From Callorhinchus milii (taxonomy: Eukaryota), in contig NW_024704771.1 in NCBI RefSeq assembly GCF_018977255.1, forward strand, positions 930,001 to 994,000: DNA of 64,000 nt. Direction: 5' to 3'. A program made the position numbers and the translations under genes. The first letter of the stretch is position 1, and the number at the start of each line of letters is the position of its first letter. The notes beneath the pieces are model-generated. The model was not told the DNA's origin. It was given only the letters and a program-made list of their open reading frames with translations, and ran no database searches. Positions 37,336 to 50,500 of the stretch are shown here, in pieces.

Positions 37336-38735
37336 TGACAAGATGAACGGCAGTGGGTTCCAGGACCAACATCTGTCACTGAAGCACTCGCCCAGTCAGT
37401 CATCGGGTCCTTTTCCATGTTGTTTAATGATTCTTTTCACCTCTCTTTCATTGCTTCAGGCACTCTTCTAAGGGCTTTACTAACGGTTGGACTATTTCTC
37501 TTAGCGTTGTTTTATATTCTCCCTTCATCAGTCCTCTATCACCTGACAATATTTCTCTACAATGTTGTCAGTCTCCAAATGTTTGCCTTCTTCTGGTGTT
37601 GGTGGACACAAAGTGCAGACAGTGGGAAAGGTAAGATTGAAGCCAAACAAAGCCAAAACCCCATGACGGTGGGGATGAGAGTAGAGACGATGATGGACAG
37701 CGTCAGCTCAGGTAAACGTCTCACATCTTCTGATGTTTAAAATGTGAATGATGTACATTTACTGATGCAAAAGCTGACAGTCTGTCATGAACAAGGAATG
37801 TCTCTGAGGGATTCCACCTGAATATGCCAAAGCTGTGCATCAGCCCGGCTCAGTCTGTAACACTCTCACACACACCAGGACTTTCAGCTCACAGCCTCGG
37901 ATGACCCTCTGGTACAGAGCTGAGGGAATTAATATAAGGTCCTGTCTGTGCCTATTCAGGTGAATGTAAAGATCTCACACTACTAATGAATAGAGAACTG
38001 TCTCTGTTACAAGAATCAAATCACTAAAGCCGGTCTGTCAGGGCTGACAGATTCTCCCATTCTGTCCTGAGGAGCAGTCGCTGCCCACACACTGTCTGTG
38101 CCCCAACCGCACTCCCGCCTGCAACTGTCCTGCTCCTCGAGCCCCTCTTTGTGTTATTTTTCTGTTTCTCTGAGCTCCGGCCTCTCCGACTCTGGATCCT
38201 GATACCAGGACTCCGGGTATTCGGAATTCAGACCCAGACAGACCGGGATCGACACCAAAATAAGTTTTGAAAAGGTTTCCGTGGGCCTTCGCTGTGTGTC
38301 CTCCCGTGGGCTCCCCTCTCCTGTCACACTGAGCAGCCTCACCATCCTCACTGGCCGTCACAGGGGCCGGGGATACCCACTGTCACTCAGATTGTTTGAA
38401 TCACTGATTCACTATCTCCTGTTCCTGGGATTCAAACAATTACAATTTATTGGTGTTTTACAATAAAGCAGTAAATGCCGGGACCGACATTGGAATGACA
38501 CTCAGCTGGAAATTCCGGCTCTCCAGACGGGATCTCCCCCATTGGTCCGGCCTCGAGCCGGGGGTTCAGTGTAATGAGCCACTGTAGCCGCCAGACAGCA
38601 CAATCAGCACCAGCACCGCAACAGCTCGTCTGGATTAACATCATTCAGAGCATCAGAGGAACCTGACACCCAATGTGTGGGAGCAAAACGTGAGCCATCT
38701 GTGTAAAGCTCATCGCCAGCTCGTCTCTGTGCTCG

Positions 38736-39410
38736 TGTTGGGAGAATCTGACTTGCCATCCAGTGTGTGACTCACACGCTCTGAGACAGGGATATATATC
38801 GCTGATATCTTTCTCTCCAGCAATGCCCAGTCTCACAGTCGGGGCTGTGCTCAGAATCTCACTGAAATCTCCCAAATCACTTTTATATCTATAAACAGGT
38901 GCCGTGTTGTTCCCCAGTGAGCGGCCGCGTCTCACTGTGTATAAACACTGTGTGTTTTCAGTGACAGCTTTTATAATCTGTAACATTTCTCTCTCAATCA
39001 CTGTAACAATCGCCCAAGAAGCGACATCTTTAACCTTCTTTAAGCCGAGGTCACGTCTGTGTCTGTTCAAGTGGATATTAATATCCAAATATATTGTCAT
39101 TCACTTGCAAAAAACTGCCACAATTTACAATAAAACATATTATTATTATTATTTTATGGCCAATCATTATACACAGTCTACACACACCCCTCACCCTCTG
39201 ATACACACATCCCTCACAGTCAGCCCCTGACCCACACCCTGAGATGTCTTAACTCCCTCTCCCCCTTATGTACAGAGACCACACGGATAACACAGCGCTG
39301 AGACACCGAATGCCCACCTCCTCCTCTGACCCTCATTACTCTCTGCTCCAGTGGTTGTTTCTGATCCAGTTGTTGCTTCCCTCTCCAGCCTCACCGGCTG
39401 CTCCATGTTT
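38736..39410. repeat. Dispersed repeat X, copy 3
   Basis: Aligns with copies 1 and 2. Confidence 0.9.
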
Positions 39411-39725
39411 GGGGTTTGCTGAGACATCTCAAAATGCTTCAGAGAACATACTGTAATGTGTAGTGACTGTGTGTTCTGTGGGCGAAACGCTGCAGTGAAG
39501 TGTGCACAGCAGTGACCCACAAACAGTCGTGAATTGAGTGACCAAATTAATTTTGGGGAGAGATTATTACCCCCAGAAAGCGATCCCACCATTATCAACC
39601 AGGTTCCTACTTACCGCTTGGCAAAGAGAGGTGTGTGGTGTAAGGAAACTTGTCTAAGGTTTCGCCCCACCCAGGAATCTCTCACTTGTGAGGCGAGTGC
39701 TCTCACCACTGAGCTATAGGACTCT
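39410..39725 (-). mobile_element. tRNA-derived SINE
   Basis: Reverse-complement head (gagtcctatagctcagtggtgagagcactcgcc) near 39690-39725. Confidence 0.8.
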
Positions 39726-39849
39726 ACTGTTTTCAAGAGGAAGCCGGACCTCCTAAACCTATCCTCACCCCCTCCCCTTTATGGGGGGCGCAGGCAGGTC
39801 AACAACACACAGGATGGGCACACGTGTTTGTGACGCTCCCTTTAAGCTC

Positions 39850-40490
39850 AGTCAGGAGACCTTCGCATGAGGGAGAGGAGGATTGAATGGAATGGGAGGC
39901 AGTAAGGAATGGGTGGGGACTGATGTGGAATATAAACACCGGCACAGACTGGTTTGGCGGTTTCTGTGCTGTATATTCTTTGTAAATTGAAGTGTAACTC
40001 AATGCGCAGCCCCTGAGGTGCCCGACTGAGACATTTCCCAAACCACTGGCGGCAGAAACATTCACAAACTGCGTGAATTACACACAGACCCGGGAATGGC
40101 ATTCTGTGTTTCCACCTTTTGGGAATATGGTGAATCTGCCCCATGTTGATGCTGTGTTTGCAGAGACTGTCATTAATTCTGCCGCTCAGTCTATTCAGTC
40201 TGTCACAGCCCGTCAGCAAGTCTCCACTATTCACAGACTCAGACAAAACCAGACTGAGACACACTGTCACCCACACTATATTTATTATATCAAGACTCGA
40301 CTCCACCTCCACACGATGCAGATCATCCAGAACCGCACCTACTCCCAATCCTATCAGCCCCGCACTCACTTGATTCCAATGGCTTCCCATCCCCAGAGGA
40401 TAGAGCTCAAAATCCTCATCGTCTCCATCAAGGCCCCCCACGGCCTTGTCCCTTCCTCCCTCTGTGACCGACTGAGCCATTACCAACCAA
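39850..40490 (+). mobile_element. L2 LINE 3' fragments
   Basis: IISRLDST, LKILIVSIKAPHGLVPSSLCD remnants. Confidence 0.65.
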
Positions 40491-41820
40491 ACTGGGCAGA
40501 GAAGAAGCACAAAGGCTGTGACAGGACAGCGGAGCCATCACCGCCCCTCACACAGACTGACACACACAGCGGGAACGGGAGGCAGTGGCTCCGGACACGG
40601 CTCTGGGCCTGAGAGCCGCGGTCTGACCACCTGCCACAGGCGGGAAGTGTGTGAAGGGACACAGTGGCCGCCACACACAGCGGGTCCTGGGGGTCACTGG
40701 TTTACCGCACACACCACACAAGTGCGGGAAGGGCGGACAGTGCTCGAGGAGCGAGTCCCGGCAGCTGCTGTCTTACCTCCCGCAGGAAGAGCTTCACACG
40801 AGGAGGAGGAGATGGCGTCGGTTATCTGTGGTGACGATCGGATGTCAATAGCGTTTGAAGTTGATTTGGGTTTGAGTTATAAAAGGAAATGCTGTTGAAC
40901 AGTGAACAGATAGAGAGACGGTGCGGACACGTTTACGCCACAGAATTCAATAGAATTCAATACAATATAAATAGTATAATTTAAGTGTATCGCTGAAGCT
41001 GAAAGAACAGTTGAAAGAGAAAGGAAACTGTTGTGAATCGGGACAAGAAAGTTGCACAAGAAAGTTTGTAAATGTATATTATTAAACAAACAAGAAATAT
41101 TTTAAAAAGAGTGGTTTGAGGTCCTCTGTCCGTCTGGAAACAAAACCCTTCGGCTCTGCTTTTGCCCATCTCTCCCCTCCCCACCCCCTCAGCTCCCATT
41201 CCCCCCTCAGGTGCCCATCAGCTCTGTGAAGCGCTTTGAGCCATCATCTCGACATGAGGCGCTGTGTCAATATAAACTGTACTGTCACATCCCAAACTGG
41301 TCTCAGTGACTGTGAGGCTGAGAGCAGCTGAACTCACGGACTTGTTTTAAACCAGAAATATATTTCTTTGTTGATAGAATATATATTTACACTTTCCTCA
41401 AAAAGAAACAAATGCCATAAGAGAATGAAGAAACACAACACGTTATTTTACCATTACGGGACGTGACAGCCCCGACCCCTTGTGGTGGGGGGTTGGGGGG
41501 GAGGGGCTGCCATTGCGCACTCCACTTTGGTGGAGGGACCAAGGCTCCCCCCCCCCCCCCCCCCCCCCCGGGGATCTGCTGCCCGTTGCGGGATGTGCTC
41601 ACATTTCTTGGGGGGAACGCTCCCATTAAGCACAGTCGGGAAACGCCCCGTGTGCACCACAGACATGTGTGACTGCACACACCCTGATAAGGGGCACTTC
41701 CATTTACAGATGTCACCCCAATGTGCACCGTAAACACATATAATTACACTAACAAAACACCCCGAGACATCGAACACAAACCATACACTGCAATAAACAC
41801 ACAACCAGTCAACCCCCTGT

Positions 41821-42455
41821 CACTGTGTGAGGTTAGTGACTGAGCTCAGTCACTGTGTGAGGTTAGTGACTGAGCTCAGTCACTGTGTGAGGTTAGTAAC
41901 TGAGCTCAGTCACTGTGTGAGGGTAGTGACTGAGCTCAGTCACTGTGTGAGGGTAGTAACTGAGCTCAGTCACTGTGTGAGGTTAGTGACTGAGCTCAGT
42001 CACTGTGTGAGATTAGTAACTGAGCTCAGTCACTGTGTGAGGTTAGTGACTGAGCTCAGTCACTGTGTGAGGTTAGTAACTGAGCTCAGTCACTGTGTGA
42101 GGTTAGTGACTGAGCTCAGTCACTGTGTGAAGTTGGTAACGGAGCTCAGTCACTGTGTGAGGTTAGTGACTGAGCTCAGTCACTGTGTGAGGTTAGTGAC
42201 TGAGCTCAGTCACTGTGTGAGGTTAGTGACTGAGCTCAGTCACTGTGTGAGGTTAGCGACTGAGCTCAGTCACTGTGTGAGGTTAGTGACTGAGCTCAGT
42301 CACTGTGTGAGGTTAGCGACTGAGCTCAGTCACTGTGTGAGGTTAGCGACTGAGCTCAGTCACTGTGAGGTTAGTGACTGAGCTCAGTCACTGTGTGAGG
42401 TTAGTAACTGAGCTCAGTCACTGTTTGAGAGTAGTAACTGAGCTCAGTCACTGTT
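41821..42455. repeat. 30-bp palindrome-containing minisatellite, copy 2 (18 regular units plus variants)
   Basis: Direct reading. Confidence 0.97.
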
Positions 42456-44465
42456 GAAGTTCGTAACTAGGTCTGTGCACTGATACACACAGTAACTCCA
42501 CTTTACAGTGAAATGCTATGAGATTCAACTCATGAGACATGAAATCTGTTATACCATATACAAAAGTTATTATTGTAATCATTATATTACCACCTGCACC
42601 AGTACAAAGGTGAGATAGTGTCTGACCCCAACCGGCAACACACCTTAATAAGCCGAGCTCTCATCATCCACACATCCCCACCCATCAGGGCATCTGGTCT
42701 GTGGGGAGGAAACAGGGACACTGACCCTGTTATATAACAGTATAATAATTATATATATTTTATAACAGATTATATTCTGTTTTTAATGGCCTTTAGTTTC
42801 CGACTCAATCTTGATCACACGGAGAAGGTCACAATGTTAAGATCTGCCCCCGTGTCCTCTCCCGCTCCAGGTTGTGTGAGTCTATCACCCCATCCCAGCT
42901 CAGCTCCATGAGCTCCCCATCCCCAGCTGATCAAGTTCCAGATCCTTGTTTCACCTTGAAAGCTCTCCTCGGTGTTGCCCTCCCAACCTCAGCAAACACC
43001 TCCAACCATACAGATCTGTTACACATTAACCTGGAAATCAATCACGTGGGACGTTTTCTGTGGATTGAAGATTATTCCAGGGAAACGTGAGGGTGTAACC
43101 AGGGTCTCAGAGCAGGAATGTTAGTTACTGACAGCAAGTGATGAGCAACAGTCAACACTAACAGTGAAAATCACAGGACTTTTCCCCACTCGATATTGTA
43201 GGGAATATTTGAACTGCGCTTTCCCTGTTTGTGTGGCTATAATGTGATTCCCACAGAAAACGAAAGCAGATTAGCCTCTGGACATCGCCATCCCGGACAC
43301 AGGTTTAATTTACTGTTTATAGTGAAGATTCTTCTCTTTCGATGCAAAACCTAAACAGGTCAGTGTCGGAAATTGTTTCCTGAAATGAACTATTATTTTA
43401 CCATTAAAATAACGCCTTAACTTTACTGCGATTCCAGTTACAGGATTCACTGGTTTCACTTTCACATGTGGTGATGTGGAGTTTAAATATGAAATAAATG
43501 TTCTCTATTGTCAGGTTTGTGTCAGTAGTAAAGCGGGAGCTCTGCAGTCAGTTTATTCCCAGTTTGTGGTTTAAACGCTGAGAATTGGAGGCAAGTGAGG
43601 AGGGAAGGGAATGGGAGCTCCTCTCTGACCTGCACCATGTTGGGGTGAATAAGGAGCGGCTGTGAGGAGGGGGAGGGGAGGGGCACATTACAGCAGTTAC
43701 ACATAACATGTTTCTTCCCCAGTCTGATTGCTGTCAGGTCACTGGTGTTTACAGTATTTCCTGTGAAGCGCTTTGAGACGTCCCTGGATGTAGAAGGTGC
43801 AGTGTCAGATGTCAGGATTATTATTCTCCGAGGTCACCTTGACAAGGGCTGAGGGTTGAAGCTCAGACAAACAGACGGAGACTGTGTGAGTTTGGAGCCT
43901 GAACCAGCAAAAGGTTCTACTGTATAGGGTTAAAAGCAAATCAGTGTCAGAAATTGTTTCCCGATATGAAAAGTTTATTGTGATTAAAAAATTCATTTTA
44001 TTTTTACTGTTATCCACTGACTTGGTTTAGCCGAAACAACAAGAACAACTTATATATCGCCCTCCACTCAGGGCAGCGTCTCAGAGCACTTAACAGTGGT
44101 GATGCCTGACTCCGAGCCTGAGTCAGAGGGTTGTGGGTTCAAGCCCCACATTAGGACTTTGAGCTCACAGTGTAGACTGACACTCCAGTGCGGTGATCGG
44201 GGAGCACAGCATTGTCGGAGGTGATGTCCTTTGGATGTGAGGTTAAGCTGAGGTGCTCTCTGCCTGTCCGGTGGATGTTAAAGATGCAAATTGCTGTTGT
44301 TGTTCCACCTGTTTCAGGCAATTACTTTATTCCCAAAGTTTGGAAGAACACTTTGTTCAAATGCTGATCTGGATTCTGACACAGATCTGATGTTATTGTG
44401 TGTTACTAATTTATTATGAATTGTCTGTTGATTTCCTCGTGTTTCAGTGCTCGATGTCCTGACAG

Positions 44466-44523
44466 ATGATGGAGAAGATTTTCATTGTGATTTTCCTGTT
44501 TGAGATTCCAGCTTCACTTTCCG
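44466..44523 (+). CDS. BTN-like copy 2 signal peptide exon
   Basis: [19 protein letters not shown]; G|gtgagc donor. Confidence 0.85.
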
Positions 44524-47500
44524 GTGAGCAACACTGTCATTTTCTGCTTAAGCGTCACTGTCACAATAATATTGCTATTCATTACAGAGGCAACTAAAAG
44601 ATTAGATCACTTATCAAAGTAGAGAATAGTTTTGTTTCTGATAAAGAAACCACTCACTGTAACTGGAAGCTGGAGCTTGTAATCACTGCAGCTAAACCTG
44701 CCCCAGGAAAGTGCTGTATCTGTCAGCTTCCCTCAGTCTATCAGCCCATAACTGTGGCTGAAAGGTCCTCACCAAACCTGGTCTATTCCCAGCTTCTCCT
44801 GATCACCTGTTCAGTGATGAACAACAGTGTCTCATTTCTGATAGAAATGACAATTCCCGACTGTGTTAATGAGCTGAACGAGAGGACATTCTGGCTGTTT
44901 ACACTGGAGCCGTATTTCAAACTATATTTGCAAAGGTTGTGAGCTGTCCGTGTTCACAGCACTGAACTCCGAGAGTAAATGTATCAGGTGAAGCTGAGAT
45001 GGGAAGATGGGAGGTGAGTATTCTGGGAAGATGAGGTCAAATGGGCTGAAGGACTTCCTTCATCTGAACCTCTCTTGTGATCGTGTGAAATGTGTCCACT
45101 GATGAGATTATAAACTGGTGATTTATATTCATCTTTTAAATGGTAACATTGCTGCACATTTCCAAATAAAGTATATTTCTGTAATAAGACAGTTTCTGTG
45201 CAGACTCAGGTCAGTTCATATCTCAGACTTTCAGGGCTTCAGGAAACCAGACACTGTAAAACTGTCAGTGACAGTGACACAAATAAACTATTGCAACTCA
45301 TAGTTTCACATTTAAATAGAAACAAATCATAATAATGGTTTAATAATTGATATTGTATTGTTCACTAGATTCTTTTATAGTTAATGGTCCACGTCAGCCT
45401 GTCCTCACAGCTCTGGGGAACGATGTCACTCTGGGATGTTGGTTAACACCAGGAGTGGCTGCAGATATGATGGTCGTGGAATGGAGTAAATCTGATTCTG
45501 GGGTTGTGGTGCATTTATACACACGTGGAGTGGATCGACTTGATCAGCAACATGAAGCCTACAGAGGAAGAACTGAGCTCATTAGAGACGGGATGACTCG
45601 AGGAAACTTGTCTCTCAGACTGAAGAACGTGAGGTGCTCAGACCAAGGAGAATACACATGTTCTGTGAGATCCACAACAGATTTTGGTGAAACAACAGTG
45701 GTTGTGAAAGTTGAAGGTTTGTTGTGTTTAACCTGTACATTTCCCTATTCTAAGCTCATGTTCCCACCCCGTCCCAGTCAATATATTTACCAACCTCAGA
45801 AATTCACCATAATCTCTACCAGAGCCCGGTGTGAACTGCACAATGTAATGATTTGTCATTCTGGCTCAATGTGGGCAATTGGCTGCCGCGTAACACCCAC
45901 AAAATACAGTCAATTCACTGTACAGTATATTCTGTGAAGGGCTTTGAGACATCTTGAAAATGTGATAAGGCTCTATATCAAGTGAAGGATTATTATTGTT
46001 CATTGGAAGGACTCTTGTTGTTTGGTTTAGAGGGTTGTGGGTTGAAGCCCCACATCAGCACCTGAGCTCATAGTTCAGGCTGATACCACACTCTGTCACT
46101 GAAGGACACTCAGTGTTAGAGGCTGACGTTTGGTGAGATGTGAAAATTGACAGTTTGCACCTCTTTGTTCAGGTGGACATTAATGATCCCATAAACTGAT
46201 GGAGAAGGTCGTGTCCTGCAGATTAATTGGCCATTCACTTGATGGTACAAATGACTATAACCTTAGCCTTCAAAAAGAGTCACGACATGTGAATGATTAG
46301 GTGTAAAGTACTGAATGTTTTGATTTGATCAGTTGTTACAAAAGTTCTGTCTTTGTAATTGTTGATAACACAGTGTATTATTGTTACAGACCGCAGACGG
46401 CTGCCCTTGATTTCCATGGCAGGTTACCAGGACTCGAGGCTTAAACTCACCTGTAAATCAAAAGGCTGGTATCCCGAACCTCGTGTAGTTTGGTTTGATA
46501 GGAGTGGAGCAAAGGTGAAAGCCAAGACTGAAACATGCACTCAGGGGTCTGAAGACTGTTGGAAATGTGAAAGTAGCATTGATATAACCAGAGATTCTAC
46601 AGACAGATTCACGTGTCTGACAGCAAACTTTCTGGAGGAAAGTGAGGCGAATATCCAGGTATCAGGTCAGTGAAACATTTGGAAAAATATAAACACTTCA
46701 ATGCAACGTATTACAGTTCATATTGTGATGTGGAACAATCCACAGCAGCTCCCAATGTTCAATCTGAGGCTTTCATTCTGATTTCCTTTCAGCCACTTTC
46801 ATCATAGGATAGTTTGCTATTGTAATTGCAAATAATTAATTACACAACAACAACAACAAGATTCCATTTGTATTGCGCCTTTCACGTTGGGAGGATGTCC
46901 CAAGGCGCTGGACAGTGTACAGCATTTCATGTATTTCTGAAATACATGAATTTGGTGTGTGTGGCTTTTCGCTGTTAGTGTTTCCAGTCAGCTGTGGAGT
47001 CCTGTAGCTCAGTGGTTAGAGCCTCACAAGCGAGAGACCTGGGTTTGATTGTCGGAGACGCTGTCCTTCAGATAAGACGTTCAGGTGGATTTTAAAGATC
47101 CTCTGCCACTTTTCATGAAGAGAAGGAAGTTTTCCAGGTATCCTGGCCAACAATCCTACAGATAAATTGGTCATTCACTACATAACTGTTTCTGGACATT
47201 GATAGGAATGATAGGATTATTATTACATATGACACAAAATTTCTTTGTGTTACAGAAGTGTTTTTCCACCGAGGCCCAGACTGGCTGGTGGCTTTCCTTG
47301 TGACGTTCACTCTTGTGCTTGGAGCAGCTGGTGTGTTGATGCTCTTCTGCAGAAAACGATTGAAAAAAGTAAAAGGTATTAAATGATTTTAAGTTTCCCC
47401 CAAAATATAATCTTTACTTTCATCCTTTATATAATCCATAACATATTAAGGAGAGCACTGGCAACGTCTGAGCACAGGTGACGAAAGCGAGAGTGAGTGT

Positions 47501-50500
47501 CTCTGATGTGTTGGGTGTGAGGTAGGGGCGGAGGCGGGTGATGTGGTGGGGGTGAATGAAGGCAGTTTTGATGAGGCACTGCAGTTGAGTGAGAAAGGAA
47601 AGCTGGGGATCAAAGCGCATGCCACGGTTGTCACTGAGAGAATTAGAGACAGGCTGGGGAAGCTTGAGGAGGTCAGAGCCAGAAGGGGATGGCTTCAGTC
47701 TTATCTAAACAAACAAATTGAGATGGATCTTGAAGGAGGCATGAGAAGGGGTGAGGTGGGATGGAGTTCCAGAGGGTGGGGGGAGAGAGGCTGAAGGCTC
47801 GCCCACCAATGTTGGGGTGGGCAAAGCGGGGAACATGAAGCAGGCCGGAGGATGCTGAGTAGAGGGAGCGACAGGTTGGTAGGAGGTTAGGAGGTCACAG
47901 AGGTAGGGAGGAGAAAAGCCGAGGAGGTGAGGATCAGGAACTTGGAACTATATCATCTGAGTCATGTGGAGTCGGGCAATCAGGAGGGTGATAGTGTCAC
48001 GGTGTCTGGAGCAGAAGAGGACACAGGCTACAGATTTCTGGATAATCTGCAGCCTGTGGAAGGAGGAGTTGGGGAGGCCGACAAGCAGGGAGTTTGTGTA
48101 GTTGAGCCTGGATGTGATGAACGCATGGATGAGGGTCTCGAGAGAAGTGGCAGAGCCGGGCAATGTTGCGGAGGTGGGGAAAGGCGAAGCGGGTCATGGC
48201 AACGATATGGGGGATGAAGGTCTGTTAAGAGTTGAACAGGACACTGAGGTTCCGCATTGGCTCCATGATGTGTAGAGTGCAGCCATGAAGGGCGATGTCA
48301 GTGCCCGGGTTATGGAGGCACTGACAGGAGCAATGCAGGACGGCCTTGGTCAACTGGAGAAAGTTAGCTCTCATCCAGGACTTGATGTCTGACAGACATT
48401 CTGTGAGGACAGCAGTGATCCTGGAGTCGAGGTGGAGGTGGAGTTGGGTGTCACCACATATATGTGGGAGTTGACTCCATGTCTATGGATGATGTCACCA
48501 AGAGGGATCTATACTGAGTTGGAGGAAATTTTGTCTCGTCCAGGCCTTGATATCTCACAATCAACTGGACAGATCATCAGGGACCTGGGGTCGAGAGTAG
48601 ATTTGGGGTCATCCACATCCATGTGGGAATTAAGTCCATGTCTGTGGATGATGTTGAGGGACAGAGTGACTGTGTTGGCCAGTATGGGGGCAATTGGGTG
48701 ATCAGGAGATGGGTGGGGAGGGAGCTGAGTGAGCAGGTGGTGAGCTTTATGTTATGAGAAGGAAGATGTGGTCAGGTGTATTTCGTTGATTTTTGTTGTT
48801 GAACGTGAAAGGCGCAATATAAATGTCATTTTGTTATTATTATTCTCTATTGTCTCTCACACATAAAGAGAAGTTGTGGGATAAAAGGCTGGAAATGTTA
48901 ATCAGAATGTGTCTTGTCGTTTCCAAACTGCAGAAGGATTTGCTCACACAGAGGGATGTGAAGATGTCGAATTCTTTGCCCCAGAAATCTGTAGAGAAGG
49001 AATCAATTTGAATATTTAAATGAGAGACAGAGACTTGGAAAGTGGAAATATTTGGTGAAGAGCAGGGAATTGGATTTAAAAGATTAAAATTGGTGGAAGA
49101 GGCTCATGGGCTGAATTGTCTTCTCCTGTTCCTCTTTTCCTTTACTAAAAGCTGATGTCAATTAGAAGTTACCTAAAGCAGAGCCTTTAGTGCACTGTTA
49201 TTTTCACTAATATTTAATAAAATATTGTATTAACATTTCTGCTGGATTGTTTCTGTTACATTTAAGGGAAACGTCCAACAGTTACTGATGGGGACGACAC
49301 TGACGATTGTGTTTTTATTTTCCAGTTTATGAAAATCTAAAAAAGGGATTTAAAAATCTGGGTAAGTAACAACATTACAAACATCCCCGAGCCTCAGCCT
49401 CCCCGAGAGTCAGGTCCTCGGAGACCTACCACAAGCCCTTCCTGTGCTCTCTGGTGACCTCAGCATTTATATACATAACACAACCAGACACATGCACACA
49501 CACCCAGACACATGCGCACACAAACACACACATGCACACCCAGACACATGCACACCCAGACACATGCACACACACACAGACACATGCACACACAAACACA
49601 CCCAGACACATGCACACCCAGACACATGCGCACACAAACACACACATGCACACACACACAGACACATGCACACACACGAATGTGCACACACACAAAAAGA
49701 GTCACAGAACAACCTGAACTAAACCCACCTCCTGTGGAGTGAAGAAATGTGTGATGATTCTGTGCAGATTAGGAGAATTTCATTGTGTTTTGACTGTAGA
49801 GAGAAAGTGAAACTTACACTTTAACACAAATTAAATCATTCTGATACAATGAGTGATTTAAAAAACATGGGATTCAGGGATGAGCAGGAAGCCAGAGACG
49901 GCCAAATGAAGGGGTGGGTAGAGGAGTGGGGTGTGAGCAGGTCGGAGAGTTAGGGAGGTGCTGGACATGAGGTGATTTGTCAGTGAGTGTGAGGATCTTG
50001 AAATGGATCTGTTCAGTGATAGGGAGCCGGTGGAGCCCGGCAAGGGCTGGAGTGACGGGGTTTGGAGTTTGTTGTGGGTAATGTACCAAATGTTAAGGAT
50101 TATTAATATTATCATTATTCACTTATTGAGATTGTAAATGTTTAATCAGTTTTGTCAGTTTCTACAGTGCAAAAAATCCCCATTCTTAATGTGAATTACA
50201 ATACAAATTGTGAAATAACAATAGATAAGGAAGAAAATCTTATATTTTTGATTTGTTTACTGATTTAATTTCCTTCATTTGATGTGAGCACGTATCCTCC
50301 TATCACAGTGAGTTTGGAAAGTTTGAGCTTAAAGGAAAATAAAGAAACTGAATAAAATAAACCAGATAAGTTTGTTAACTTTTTTTCAAAAATTTAAAAT
50401 TACATTTTCTAAAACCTTTTCTTTTGTTTTAAAGATAATGAACTGAAATCTGCCAAACAAGGTACAGTACATTGTGTTATTGGCACTAAGTGTTTATGAT

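Noticed and set aside
38038-38361. Minus-strand 107-aa ORF as the missing SPRY domain
   Set aside because: Wrong strand relative to the TRIM and no SPRY motifs (YWEV, GVFLD) seen.
40600-40850. CpG-rich stretch with Cys/His-containing frames as a second TRIM or zinc-finger fragment
   Set aside because: No RING, B-box or C2H2 spacing in any frame.
41827-42381. 184-aa RLVTELSHCV repeat ORF; CRISPR-like look of the array
   Set aside because: Translation of the 30-bp minisatellite; units are contiguous with no unique spacers, and the DNA is eukaryotic.
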